DNA from: a virus
Length of the DNA stretch: 64,000 nt
Direction: 5' to 3' (one strand)
Virus record (IMG/VR): IMGVR_UViG_3300025828_000014
The notes beneath the pieces are model-generated. The model saw only the letters and a list, made by a program, of their open reading frames with translations. It made no database searches and had not been told where the DNA came from. Shown here in pieces: positions 20,301 through 31,900 of this stretch. Numbering within the stretch: position 1 is the stretch's first letter; each line of letters begins with the position of its first letter. The position numbers and the translations under genes are program-made.

Positions 20301-21753
20301 GACTGATATAAAATTGATCTCTTGCGCTTTGATAATCGTTTATTTGTGGACTAGAAAGCCAAAACATATCTGTTGTAGCAGAACTTTTTGCATGTATATA
20401 ATCTTCGTAAGTTTCTACTTCAAAAACATCAAAAGGTTTTGGTATACTATAAACTTCTTCCCATTGTTTCTTCTTAGAATAAAATCTGTGTTCTACTTCT
20501 TTTTTTGATAACTTTGTATTAACATTGTATAATACAACGCCGTCGTAGGTTTTTTTATTTAGAAAAACATGTGTAATATTTCTGTCGTATTGATTGTGAT
20601 GTGAAAAATATAAATCTAATTCTTTCACTACATCTACATCACTTGGTATACCCCAAAACATTTCTGTGGTTGTATTTTCCATAGCACGTTTGTAGTCAGA
20701 CCAAGAATTAACTACAAACGTATCAAACTTTTTTGGCCGGCTTGCTACCACCTCGTGTTCTTTTTTCACTACAATAAATCTGTGTTCAAATTCTTTTTTT
20801 CCTATAGGACAATGTTTACTGAACAGCATAACACCGTCATAACTTTTGTCATTTAAGAACACATGATTTATATGCCTATCGTATTGATTCATATGATCTA
20901 TATAAAAACTTAGATCAAAGTTTTCTTCAAGTTCAACGTCATTAGGTATCCACCAAAACATATCACCCTCGATATTATCTAATACTTTTCTGTATTCTTC
21001 GTATGAATTAAAATTGTATTGTGGGAATTTTTTTGGTTTACTTGCTACAATGCTTACATCTTTTTTCTCAGCGTAAAATCTGTGCTGTAATTCGTTAGTT
21101 GTGGGATTATAATATTTACAGCCTAAAATGATTCCATCTTTACTACGTGCAGAACCATTGCTGAACACATGAATATACTGTTGACTCCAATCATCGGGCA
21201 TATATGAAAATTTAAAAAATTCACTGACTTCAACATCATTTGGCACTAACCAAAACATATCAGTATCTGATTTATTTTGTGCATCGTAATAATCTTGTGC
21301 AATTTCAATGTTTGGAAAACGTTTGATTAATTTTTGATATTCATCGTCGGATTCTTTACCAATAAAAAATATGTTGAAACTTTCTTCGCCACATAAAACG
21401 TCATATTTTGCACAAATATGTTTTTGTTCAATTCTGTGTTCTGTATCAATTTTTGTAGGAACCAGTTTAACTTTGTCCCAACTTATTATTCTTTTACTAC
21501 GTTTATACACATACGGAAAACAATGAATTCCAACTTCTGTAGGTCTAAAATGCCAAGGAAAAGTGCGTAATGTTTCTATATTTTTATCTACTATCCATAC
21601 ATAATCATGATCTTGATAATCTTTTACAACAGAATAATCCATTGTATCTTTTGTGTAATGTATAGGATATGAATGTAAAAAATGATTTTTTAGAACATCT
21701 TGTCCGTTGTAAATTTTTTGTCCATAGCGTTCAAATCTATCAAATGCTCTCAT
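17263..21753 (-). CDS. Giant repeat protein with C-terminal GT-A-type glycosyltransferase-like domain
   Basis: ~12 tandem ~100-aa repeats (TEMFW...FDF...H.F...YNG..L.SK...EIEHR) and a terminal domain with YVVDADA. Confidence 0.7.
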   Translation of the reverse strand: MRAFDRFERYGQKIYNGQDVLKNHFLHSYPIHYTKDTMDYSVVKDYQDHDYVWIVDKNIETLRTFPWHFRPTEVGIHCFPYVYKRSKRIISWDKVKLVPTKIDTEHRIEQKHICAKYDVLCGEESFNIFFIGKESDDEYQKLIKRFPNIEIAQDYYDAQNKSDTDMFWLVPNDVEVSEFFKFSYMPDDWSQQYIHVFSNGSARSKDGIILGCKYYNPTTNELQHRFYAEKKDVSIVASKPKKFPQYNFNSYEEYRKVLDNIEGDMFWWIPNDVELEENFDLSFYIDHMNQYDRHINHVFLNDKSYDGVMLFSKHCPIGKKEFEHRFIVVKKEHEVVASRPKKFDTFVVNSWSDYKRAMENTTTEMFWGIPSDVDVVKELDLYFSHHNQYDRNITHVFLNKKTYDGVVLYNVNTKLSKKEVEHRFYSKKKQWEEVYSIPKPFDVFEVETYEDYIHAKSSATTDMFWLSSPQINDYQSARDQFYISHHDIIDRNQVHVFEHDHDGISNFNGLMLVPKSIKLTENEISHRHPVNRKEHNTIMSVPAPYEYFQIDDYDEYVTALKTSRTEMFWMSSRNINTSGFDFDFVLEHSNTYDRNINHAFLHKVDDHAGCLYNGLFLCSKHSPLTQKEVEHRHLVNVKQHSVVGSFPVKYDKFIIDTYSDYLYAFTHSKTEMFWGVCSNLEDDEDFDFTLSFTHDNKYDRSINHAFLNQGFDSVNYNGYFLFSKKSPVTEKEIEHRHILNVKEWKVVASRYAQYDIHFIDTYDEYLEAMEKSVTELFFAVSRNINTDNWDFDLHFDHTNRFDRFTNHAFIHEVKGMQLYNGVFLLSKHKPVTQKEIEYRHIVDAKHWDIVASKECMYDEFVIETYGQYLDALKASDTEMFWGLSNNIDTSIFDFDYYFSHDNEYDRKINHTFLHEVNDKGYRNGLFLFSKHAPVTEKEIEHRHLVKAKNWPVVASIPVKYERFVVNNYTDYLSAMDSATTEMFWAIPSDVEVDIDFDFEMYFTHDNVFDRNTNHVFKNGKFWDGIALMSTHAPVTQQEVEHRFYANSKKHDVVASTPKPFPVYNIETYNDYLNAFDESPSNMFWGTTPNIKIREDFDMRMYIDIHNSYDRTINHAFKHSVNGKEKYNGLFLFTKHAPLTQKEIEYRTIGRRKEWDIVASGPVVYDRFTINTYNDYKKAYNMSKTEMFWIIPREVNIEPNFDFDLYFSHDQDFERSTNHVFKNGNAWDGVALVSKKSNITEREIQMRFFANKKEYNITASQPKPYDIVFISKDEKSADENFERLLNQFPDKTIHRVHGIEGIHQAHIMAAKTAETEMFYVVDADAQIVDDFNFDYYIPNYDPDSKRTVHVWKSKNPINGLIYGYGAVKLLPRELTLNMDTNKPDMTTSISPLFKVVNKISNITKFDTDEFSTWRSAFRECVKLSSRAIDGQLDEETEFRLNAWCTRGKDKPFGNAAINGANQGKKYGEYAAKNLDYLNKINDFDWLYEQFNKFKNSL

Positions 21754-22325
21754 AATGTAAAACTCTTTGTTCCATAATGTGCTACATTATTACTTAATGT
21801 AGCGTCTACAAAAATGTCAAATCCTGCATCGTTTACATTTTTGCAAAAGTATATATCTTCACCCATCAACGATTGTGTTGCCTTATAATCAACATATTGA
21901 TAATACGGTTGTTCTAAATATTCATATACTTTAGTGTTTACTAACATACAACCCATTCCTACTGCCCAAACTTTATGTAATCCATTTGTTTCAGTAAGTC
22001 TTTTGTTAAAGTCATTAGAATCTACAAATGCTACGCTTTGATGCGGCGGCATACGTGTGCTATAGGTTGCTGCTACTATTTCTTTATCATGCGCTAATAA
22101 TTTTATTGCTGTGCTTTCAGGAACATGCATGTCGCTGTCAAGCCATAATATATGTGTGGCATTTTTTTCTAATGCTTCTTTTACCAACTGATTGCGTTGT
22201 TGTGGAATGATGGTTCCTAAGTTAATTAAAATTTCACAATCAATTGTTTTAGATATTTTAGCTAGAGAAAGAGCAAATCCTGCATGAACAAGATCTCTTG
22301 CCGGCACACATATAGCAAGTTTCAT
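21750..22325 (-). CDS. GT2-like glycosyltransferase
   Basis: RNQLVKEAL..THILWLDSDM (DxD)..GMGCML..GEDIYFC..H. Confidence 0.85.
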   Translation of the reverse strand: MKLAICVPARDLVHAGFALSLAKISKTIDCEILINLGTIIPQQRNQLVKEALEKNATHILWLDSDMHVPESTAIKLLAHDKEIVAATYSTRMPPHQSVAFVDSNDFNKRLTETNGLHKVWAVGMGCMLVNTKVYEYLEQPYYQYVDYKATQSLMGEDIYFCKNVNDAGFDIFVDATLSNNVAHYGTKSFTL

Positions 22326-22702
22326 TAGGTAATTTTTTCAGAAATTGTATCAGTGTTTAGTGTTGCCTCTGCGGCTACTGTTTGATCGTTGAGTGTTCTT
22401 GCTTTTCCAACTGCTAATGCGACTGCTTCTGTAAAATCTTCTTCTGATAGTGCTGCCATTTCTACCATATTTTCTGGTTGCACTTTTCCTAAAGCAAGTA
22501 GGTCTGCTGCTGCTTTATGTGCAATGACATTGATCCAATGATATCTGTCGTCATCTTCTGGAATATCCATTGCATTAACCATAGCAGTAGCTTCGTCAAA
22601 TGTAATTTGATCAAGTTCTAATGCTGCTAATTTTGCATGTTTACGTGCTTTAGTATATTCTTGCGCCAAGTCAATATTCATGACTTCGTATAAACTTTTC
22701 AT
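22325..22702 (-). CDS. Hypothetical protein
   Basis: AGGAG SD; coupled to the GT gene. Confidence 0.6.
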   Translation of the reverse strand: MKSLYEVMNIDLAQEYTKARKHAKLAALELDQITFDEATAMVNAMDIPEDDDRYHWINVIAHKAAADLLALGKVQPENMVEMAALSEEDFTEAVALAVGKARTLNDQTVAAEATLNTDTISEKIT

Positions 22703-22716
22703 AATATAATATGCTC

Positions 22717-22881
22717 CTATGTTCCTAGGCCACCAAATGATGCGCTTAAACTAATCGAACCAGAAGAAATACCAATATAAGCACCTAACGTGCCTCTTAA
22801 TAAAATAGGCGTAGCAGTGCCACCAAAGTAATTTCTTACTTGAGACATTGTAATTGTATTTCCTGTGTTCGGTAACGCCAT
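22717..22881 (-). CDS. 54-aa small virion protein (fibre-tip/adhesin N-terminal-like), absent from ORF track
   Basis: MALPNTGNTITMSQVRNYFGGTATPILLRGTLGAYIGISSGSISLSASFGGLGT; AGGA SD; TAAATA at 22912-22917. Confidence 0.7.
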   Translation of the reverse strand: MALPNTGNTITMSQVRNYFGGTATPILLRGTLGAYIGISSGSISLSASFGGLGT

Positions 22882-22929
22882 TTAGATTCCTATTTTATAA
22901 TAATAACATACTATTTAATGTGTGTCAAC

Positions 22930-22958
22930 GGTGTTGCCGGATTATTCCGGCATACACC
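22930..22958 (-). terminator. Hairpin directly after giant fibre gene
   Basis: GGTGT-TGCCGGA-ttat-TCCGGCA-t-ACACC inverted repeat. Confidence 0.55.
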
Positions 22959-25900
22959 TATTTATCGAGTAGTTTTTTCACCATTTCTTTCAATTCTGCA
23001 ATTTCAGCTGCTTGCGCTTCAATCTTAGCATCTTGTTCTTTGATTGCTTCAATAAACAACGGAGCAAGTTTTTCATACTTAACTGTGATATAGTTTTCGC
23101 CTGATTTACTCTTATACTCTTTTGCTTCGCTATCCCATTCTGTATCAAATGGTGCTTTCGCAATTGCTTGTGGTAACACTGCTTCAACTTCTTGTGCAAT
23201 AACACCAGCATCGTTTTTCATTGTTACTGGATGGAAACCTAAATCATTAACTTCTGCTTTCCAATCAAAGTTTACACCATGTAGAGATTTTACTTTATCC
23301 AATGCGTTTTCAATTGGAACAATGTTTTCTTTGAGTCGTCTATCAGATGAATAAGCAGTAACTTCGCCTACAGCACTAAGACTACCACCCATTTGAGCAT
23401 TGTTGTTTGTTAAGTTCCAATAAGCTGGCCACTGACTGTTTACCTGTGTCCAACTGGTTGAGTCATCTGCACCACGTAGAATATAGAACAAGTCGCTATT
23501 GGTATGTAGCATAGCAACATTGTGATCAGTATCACGGAAATATAATGTTGGTGATGTATTTCTGATGTAAATGTTTTGACTTGCTGTAGCAGTGCTTCGT
23601 ATAAAGCCTGTGCTGTCAATACCATCGAGTGTATCAGCATCAGAAGCTGTAACACCAGTAATACCACTACCGTCACCTGTAAATGTAGCGGCTGTTATAT
23701 TGCCAGTAATGTTGATACTACCTGCGCCGCTGATTGTTCCAGAGAAGCTGTCGTTTGCATCACTGCGTAAGAAACTACCGCTATCTACTCCGTCCAATGT
23801 ATCTGCATCTAGTCCACTTGCAGAGCCATCATTACCAGCATGCCAAACTGTATAATTTGTTCCGCCAACATTGTAAGTTAAACCATTTACACCACTGTTG
23901 ATATCAAGATATTCATCAGTTCTATCATTGTAGATACGCATTGCTCCACCATTTACATACTGAATATAACCTCTGCGAGTTCCTGCTTGATAGAAACTAA
24001 TGTATGGACTTTGTGTCGAACCTTGTGTTTGCAAACGTAGTTGCTCACTGTTGTTGCGATTTATTGTAAGCAATCCTGTTGTAGTATCGTTTTCATCACT
24101 GCGTAAGAAACTTGCGCTATCAATGCTGTCTAGGGTAGCAGCATCAACACTAGTTAATCCACTACCATTACCAGTAAATGTGCTTGTGCCAATGTTGATG
24201 TTTCCAAAATTACTGGTAATGCTACCTGCATCAAGTGCACCAGTTCCTGTTAAGTTGCTGTATGTTCCGTCAATACGTGCATTTGGAACAGTTCCTGTGC
24301 CTAAGTTGCTTGCATTTAGGCTTGTAAGTCCGCTACCGTTACCGTTGATTGTGCCATTTACATATACATCTTTAGCAATGCCAACACCACCGTCTACAAT
24401 AAGAGCACCATTTGTTGAAGCTGTTGATTGTGTTGTATTATCAATGTTAACAACTGTTGAACTGTTAAAGTTAATGCTTACACCATTGTCTGCACCAATT
24501 GTATCCAATGCAATGCTACCAACATTAGTAATGTTATTATCGTTAAAGCTGGTTGCACCTAAACTTACACTACCTGTCGCTGTAAGATTATCAGCACCAA
24601 TATTAATTGAACCAAATCCGCTAGTGATACTACCTGCATCAAGTGCGCCTGTGCCTGTAATATCTAATTGGTGCTGAACAACACTGCTTGAACTGATTCT
24701 ACCATCTGGAACAGTTCCGCTTGTCAAATTGCTTGCATTGAGTGCAGTTAAGTTTGTGCCTACACCACTGAAACCATTTGTTCCGCTATATGTAAAACTT
24801 GTGGTAGTAACAGTTGTGTTAACACCAGGAATACTTAAACTATTGTTTGATGCATTACCAATTTGCATAAAGTTGCTTGTTGTGTTTGTAGCAGTTTCAA
24901 TACCTTTACCAATCAAGATATTGTTACTACCCGAAGTAAGTGTTCTACCTGTGCTTGCACCAAGCACTGTGTTATCACTACCTGTAACAATCTCAAGAGC
25001 TTGATATCCTACACCGGTGTTATCATCACCAGCTGTGCTGTTTGCCATTGTGTCTGCACCAACACTGGTGTTGTTATTACCTGCATTGGTTCTTTGTTCT
25101 TGGCTGTCTGAACCAATAGCAGTGTTATTGTTAGCACTTGTAAGTGCGCTCAGTGCCACATAACCTACAGCAGTGTTTTTATCACCGCTTAGAGCACCAT
25201 GTATACTACCACTACCAATACCAGTATTATATTGTGCACCAGTAGTAATACTATCACCATCGCCAAATATTAAGTTGGTTGATTCAGCTAATGCACCTTG
25301 ACCAATTCTAAATCCATTTACAGTAATATCGCTTGTAAATGTTTTACCTGCTTGACTAGTTGGCAATCTAGCATCGTTTACAGTTCCACTTGACAAGTTA
25401 GTTGCATTAAGTGTTGTGAGTCCGCTACCGTTACCGTTAAGTATTCCACCTACGTGTAAGTTTTTAGCAATACCAACACCGCCATCTACTATAAGTGCAC
25501 CATTTGTTGAAGCTGTTGATTGTGTTACATTGTCAATGTTTACAACAGTTGAACTTGCAAAGTTCATACTTGAACCATTGTCTCCGCTGATTGTATCAAG
25601 TGCTATGCTACCTACATTAGTAATATTATTATCACCAAAACTTGTAGCACCTAGTGTAATAGTTCCTGTTGCTGTAAGATTGCTTGTTCCAATATTAATG
25701 TTACCAAAGTTGCTTGTAATACTACCACCGTCAAGTGCGCCAACATTTTGCAAACTACTGTTAATAACATTTGTTCCAAGTGTATTTGCACTTAGAACTT
25801 CTGTGTTATTAATGCGATACACTTTTCCGCTTATGATGTTTACATGCTCACTGAAGTCCCAACTATCGTTAGCATTTGACCATGTAATAGTATGATCTGT

Positions 25901-28900
25901 TGCGCCTTTAAGTGTAATACCGCCGCCATCTGCTGTAGTATCAGTTGGAGTAGCGACAGTTCCTAATTCAATGTTTTTGTCATCAATTTGTAGTGTAGTT
26001 GAATTAAGAGTAGTTGTTGTTCCGTTTACAGTTAAGTCACCTGTTACAACAACATCACCAGCTATGTTAGTGTTACCAGTTGCATATGCAATAGTAAATT
26101 TAGTTAAACTATCTCCAAAACCTAAATCACCAGTTGCACCAATTTGCATACGCTGAGTGCCTGCTGTTAAAAAATCGAGCTCGTCATTATCGGCACCAGC
26201 ACTTGTCTCTGGTCTAATAAGTGTGTCTTGGTCAACGTCTTTAACACCACCTAGTGAACCCCAGTTACTTCCATCGTAACCTTCAAATGTGCTGTCGCTT
26301 GTATTATAGCGAATTTGACCTTGTGCAGCAGTTACATATATACCTGCTTCACCTGGACGCTGCGCACTTGTTCCTACAGGAACTTTTATACCAGTTGTAT
26401 CTGTGAACTTTGTATATCCAGTTACAGTCATAACACCTTCTGTATCAATACGCATACGCTCTGTAATGGTTTGTAGTGCTTCTCCTGTAGTGCTTTCTTC
26501 GCCAGTTTCAACAATAAAGTCGCCGCCGGTTGCATTACCAGTTCCAATGCCTGGACGTAGCGTCAAAGAACCGCCGCCTATATTTGTGCCAATGCCGCCT
26601 TCGCCTTTAATTAGTGCAGGTAATGGACTTGTTCCGAATTCACCACCACCAATTACAACGTTTTGGTTTTTAATAACAATAGTATTTTCTTTTGATATTG
26701 TTCCAATCTGTGTCACAGCTGGATTAGCGTTTACGTTGTTGTTTGTTCTAATTGTAAAAGAAGTAGCATTTTCAGTTGCACCAATAACCGGCCATTGTCC
26801 GTCAAGATTTGCAATCCCACTACTTGCAACAATAACTGTATCTCCTACTCTAACACCAAGTGTTAATGGTGTATTTGTAAAAGTAATAGTTGTTCCTGTT
26901 AAAACACTACCTGTTAAATCTTGGCTTAAAAATACTTCGTCATCTGTGATACCAGTTACAGTTGTGTTAGCTGGAATACTACCACTACCGGCCACAGTCA
27001 TGCCAAATGCAACTTGAGAGGTATCACCAAACAACAATACCTTTTCGCCGTTTGCACTTGCAGAAGAAGTTGATAAATTAATAGCTGATAAATTAACAAC
27101 TACATCTTGAGTGTTAGTTGCTTCATATGTATCAACACTTGTGCTAATATTTCTGCTATCACTGTTTTTACCTATTTTTACATTTTCAGCATCGCCACCA
27201 ATTTCGAGTGTAGAAACGTTTTGATTGTAAACTTGGCCTAGTGATGTGCTGCTAGAACTTAGTTTAGCTGATCCAACATCCAAACCTTCTGCAAGATCAA
27301 GTGCTGTGCCCCATTCGGGGGTAACACCATTTGATTTTAAGAATGTGTTAGCTCTACCAATGTTAAGTGTATTCAAACTTGCAGCTGATTGTGCATACAA
27401 AAGATCACCAATTGCATAAGTTGTGATATTGGTTCCACCTCTATTAACTGGCACAGGACTAGTTAGGTTAGCAGGGTTTAAGAAATAAGCACTATCCAAG
27501 CTGTCCAAGGTTCCTGCATCTACAACACCGTCTTTGATGAAAACTTCACCACTACCGTTTGAGTTAACATCAAATTGGGTTTGTAGGAATCTACTTGTTC
27601 CAAGTGTTGAGAATGTTCCAAGTGGATCGTAGTCAGCGTTAGCTATACCAATGTTTACTGGATCACCGTAGAATTCAGCATTTGAACTTGATCCTGTTAA
27701 GGTGATTGGGTTATCTGTTGTGTTTGCTTTTTTTAGACTTTGAACAACAGTGTCATATCTGCTATCACCAAATAGAACTGTGTCGCTATTAGCAACCCCA
27801 CTTGAACCAAGTCTACTTGGAGAAATAGTTCCAGAAATAATGTTTTCTGCATCAATATTTGTAGCAGCTAGTGTGTTCCAGTTTGACTTAATTCTACTTG
27901 AAGTGTTTACAATTTCAGTTACTCTTGTATTACTTGGCGTAATTCTTGCAGCACCTACACCTTTTGTTCCGATGTCTTTTCTGTTTGTAACAAGTCCGTT
28001 AATACTACTCAACGCATCTGAACGTAGTGTGTGTAATGTAAACGAGTTTGTAGTTACTGATCCTACAAAGAATCTTGATCCGTCTACAATTTCTTTACCG
28101 TCAATGTTTGGAAGAGCGTTAGAAGTAGACCCATCTGTTAATGTGTTAATTCTTATAGCATCAGCTGTTGTAAGTCCGTGGTTTTGAACTATAATACTAT
28201 CGTCTGTTAAGTTAACAGCATGTCTACTAAAATTATGATTGTTGTTTAACGGAGTTGTTAGGAATTCAATTTTATTTAACAAACTGTAATCTTCGTAGAC
28301 TTCGATAGTATCGACATCAATGCGTTTAGCATAATACACACTACCATTTAAAAGACCGCCAATAGCAACATTGCCCAATGTATCGTATGTAAGCGGATCG
28401 CCGTCTAGCAATCCGTGTCCAGCAATAGTAATTCTGTTTGTAGTGTAATCAACACTACCACCACCTGCAGTTGTGCCTGCTAAGAAGTTCAAGCTAATTA
28501 CATTGTCAAGTCCTATATCAAATGAATTGTTTACAGCATCAACGTCTTCGATAAAGTCAATACTTGAACTAGATGCAACAAACAATTCTCCGCCAAGAAT
28601 ATTTACATATATACGTTTTTCTATAGCAGATACATCTATTTCAAAACTACTACCTGTGCCACCTATGTCTGCTGCGTTTGCACTTAATCTATCTCCAACA
28701 ACATACCCTGTGCCACCTCTCCTAAGGTCTACATCGCTTACTGCGCCTGCCGTTACAGTAATATCTGCTTTTGCACCTGATCCAACACCTGTTATACTTG
28801 TTAAAGAAACATTTTCGTAAATTTTATTACCTTGTGTTGGAGTATACCCGCTACCGCCAGTGATATTTGCGTTGTCTACATTAACAGCAACACCGTATCT

Positions 28901-31900
28901 TTCTTCTGTAACTGCACCTTGTGCATTACCGTCAGCACTTGTTACAACACTGAAAACATTGCCTGTTCTACTAATAGTTGAAACATCTATACCAATATTA
29001 GCAATCGTAAAAGAAGTCGATGTAGGAGTAGATAAAACTTCGCCGTTTACGTTGAATGTCTCGTCTTCAACACATTCGACTCTTACTTGGTTACCAACAT
29101 ATAATCCATGAGCAGAACTTGTAACAATAGTTTGAATATTACTTGCTCTAGATACACTACTTAGACTTACAATTGTAAAATTATAATCAAGAGAAGGATC
29201 TAATATCAAATACTGACTGGTGTTGGAACTTTTTAGGAAGTAGTTGTCAATAATAGCAGTTGATGCACCTTTGCTTGTTGGATAAACTCCTGAGTCTACA
29301 CCATCAACAAACAAGTTTAAGTTGTTTGTGATATCCCAAGGATCGCCAACACTGTCGTCTGTTTCGTCCCAAGCAAGTCCTGTTGTTGCAACTAAAATAT
29401 TTCCACTGGTGCTAAATGTTCCTTTTGCGTATCCAGTAGCACCAGTTACACCTGGTTGTGTAATAACTGCACCATCTGATGCTGTGATATTGCCACTAAG
29501 AGTCAATTGGACTTGTTCAAAGTTTTCTGTTCCGATATCACCAGCAGACAAATTAACTGCTGGAATTTCGTCGACTTGTGTTAGTCTTGAATTATATCCT
29601 TCTGTGTTTGTGTTGGTAAACTGACGTGTTGCAGGAATAAGTTCGCCGTTGAGCTGACCATTTGTGTTCAACTGAACAATAGCACCTGGAACAGCAGCAG
29701 TTGACACAGTTTTGTCAACAAAGCCACCTAACCTGTTTGAAATAAAACTTCTTACTGCTAATTGTGTTGAAAGTCTAGCATTACTCGGGCCGCCAATTTC
29801 GTCATCACCCAAGTTCACATCTGTTGAAATTTCTTCAATAGCAACATTAGACAGACTTAGTTTTAGAGCATCTAGTTCGTCCACCTGAACTTTGTTTCTA
29901 AATGTAATGTTACCAGTTCTGTTAAACGCTGTAATAAAGTCACCAACTTTAAAGTCACCAAGTTCGTTTGTTCCTGATGAATAAACTCGTCCTGGCAATT
30001 CTTCGTATTGTTCGTATTCTGCTCTTGTGTTACCACCGTTTTGTGGAAGTGCGTTATAGTCTGTTCCTGAACCAGCATATTCCCAAGTGTGTGCAGATGA
30101 GTTAACAATACTCGGTCTGTGGAACCATATTTGTTTTTCTGGTAGATTGGCAGTATTTGTAACACTGCTACTACCGTCTGTAGCTGTAATAGAGAATGTT
30201 GCTGTGCCTAATCCAGTTTTTGCAGATACTTCATTGATTGCAATAGTTGTATTTGGACTAGGAGAATGGTCTTGTGTAATTGTGCTGGTTGCATCAAATT
30301 GAATTCTCAATACGCTTGATCCTACAGCTACTTCTTCAATACTTACAATAAGTCTACGTTCTTCTGGTTCCCAACTATGCACAAATGCACTGTTGTTGTT
30401 TGCACCTGTTGTTCCTTGAATTGCTCTACCAGGAACAAAATAATAGCTTTCAGATCCTGATTCGAGAATCAATGTTTGATATGTTTGGTGTGAACTTAAA
30501 ATTTCTTCAACATAGAATTCTATAATGTCTGTTCTAAAAATATGTGTGCCACTATTTGTAGCATTTGTAAATAGATCTACTGGAAATTCTAAGCTGTCAT
30601 CAAATGTTAAACTGAATGTATTTTCATCTAACACATTAGCATAGTATGTTTGTTCGTCGTTTAAACCACCAATAGACGGATTTCCATTGTTATCGTAAAT
30701 TAATTTTTCGCCGTTTGTAAATCCATGTCCGGTAATAGTAAACACACCTGTGCCTAAATTAATATCTGTGGCCGCATTAAAGTTTGTTGTAGTAGGAGTT
30801 GGAATAAAGCTGTTTGTTATATCGCCTTCACTTGTTACTTCTGCAGGTGATGGAATTTCTTCTGGAGCTCTAATTGCTTCACTTACAATATTAAATCTAC
30901 CTTGGACAAAATCTTCAATAGCAGTTGTAATTCCAGTTTTACCTGTAATCACTGCATTTGTATAAGTAGCAGCTTGTTGGATAGCTGCAATTGTTTGCAA
31001 TTCTTCGCCTGCAAATACACTTCTAGTTGAGTCTGCTAGGTTGGCAGTAAAGTAGCTTAAACCTGCACTACGAGAATATCTATTACCTGTATCCCAAGTG
31101 TCTTTTGCTACTGCATCAATAATTAATTTTGTATCACGTAAACATTTGCTTTGATCGTATGTAAAGTTATACCATTTTGCTGCATCAATACTTTCGTTAA
31201 TATAACGTGTGACTCTTTGCGCAATGTTTGCTTGTCCAACTGCGTCTAATCTGATAAAGTCATCTTGTAATGTTTGTGATACACCTAATGCATTTAAATC
31301 AGGCTCAATTAGAGTTATATCAACTGTGCCATCTTGATCTAAATAGCCAACAATTTCTCCAATTCTTGCTTCAACAAAAGACTCTTCAGTTACAGTTGCT
31401 GGTGTTCCGCTAGTGTCTTGTGTTAAAACGTTTCCTGTTGAAACTGCTACTGCTGTTTCTGTAACAATTTCACCAACAACAATTTTTAACCTATTGTATG
31501 CTGCAATAGTTTCATCTTTTTCACCTGACCCAAATTGTGCATTTGTTCCAACAAAATATTGTATAGCTGCATCTATAGTTTGTAAGTTACCATTAGTAGA
31601 TAAGTCATACACAAGTGCATCAATAATCAAACCAACATCATTTTCACATTTTGCTGCGTTGTATGTAAACGTAGTTGAGAATGGAGCAGTTCCTGCTGAA
31701 ACTTGACTTGCAATCCATGCAGTAATTTCTTTTTTAATAAATTCTTTGTTTGCAATAAGTTGGTTTCTTGCATTTAATGCATTTGTATTAATTGCAGTTG
31801 GTAATACTCTAGCGTCTACTAAATCATCTCCAGCAACACTTGCACTACTTCCAGCATCTAATACTTCTACTATTTCGTCCCAAAGTGCATCAGATCTTGA

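Noticed and set aside
22958-25745. Diversity-generating retroelement TR/VR pair in the fibre gene
   Set aside because: Duplications are in-frame coding repeats with differences not restricted to adenines; no reverse transcriptase in the window
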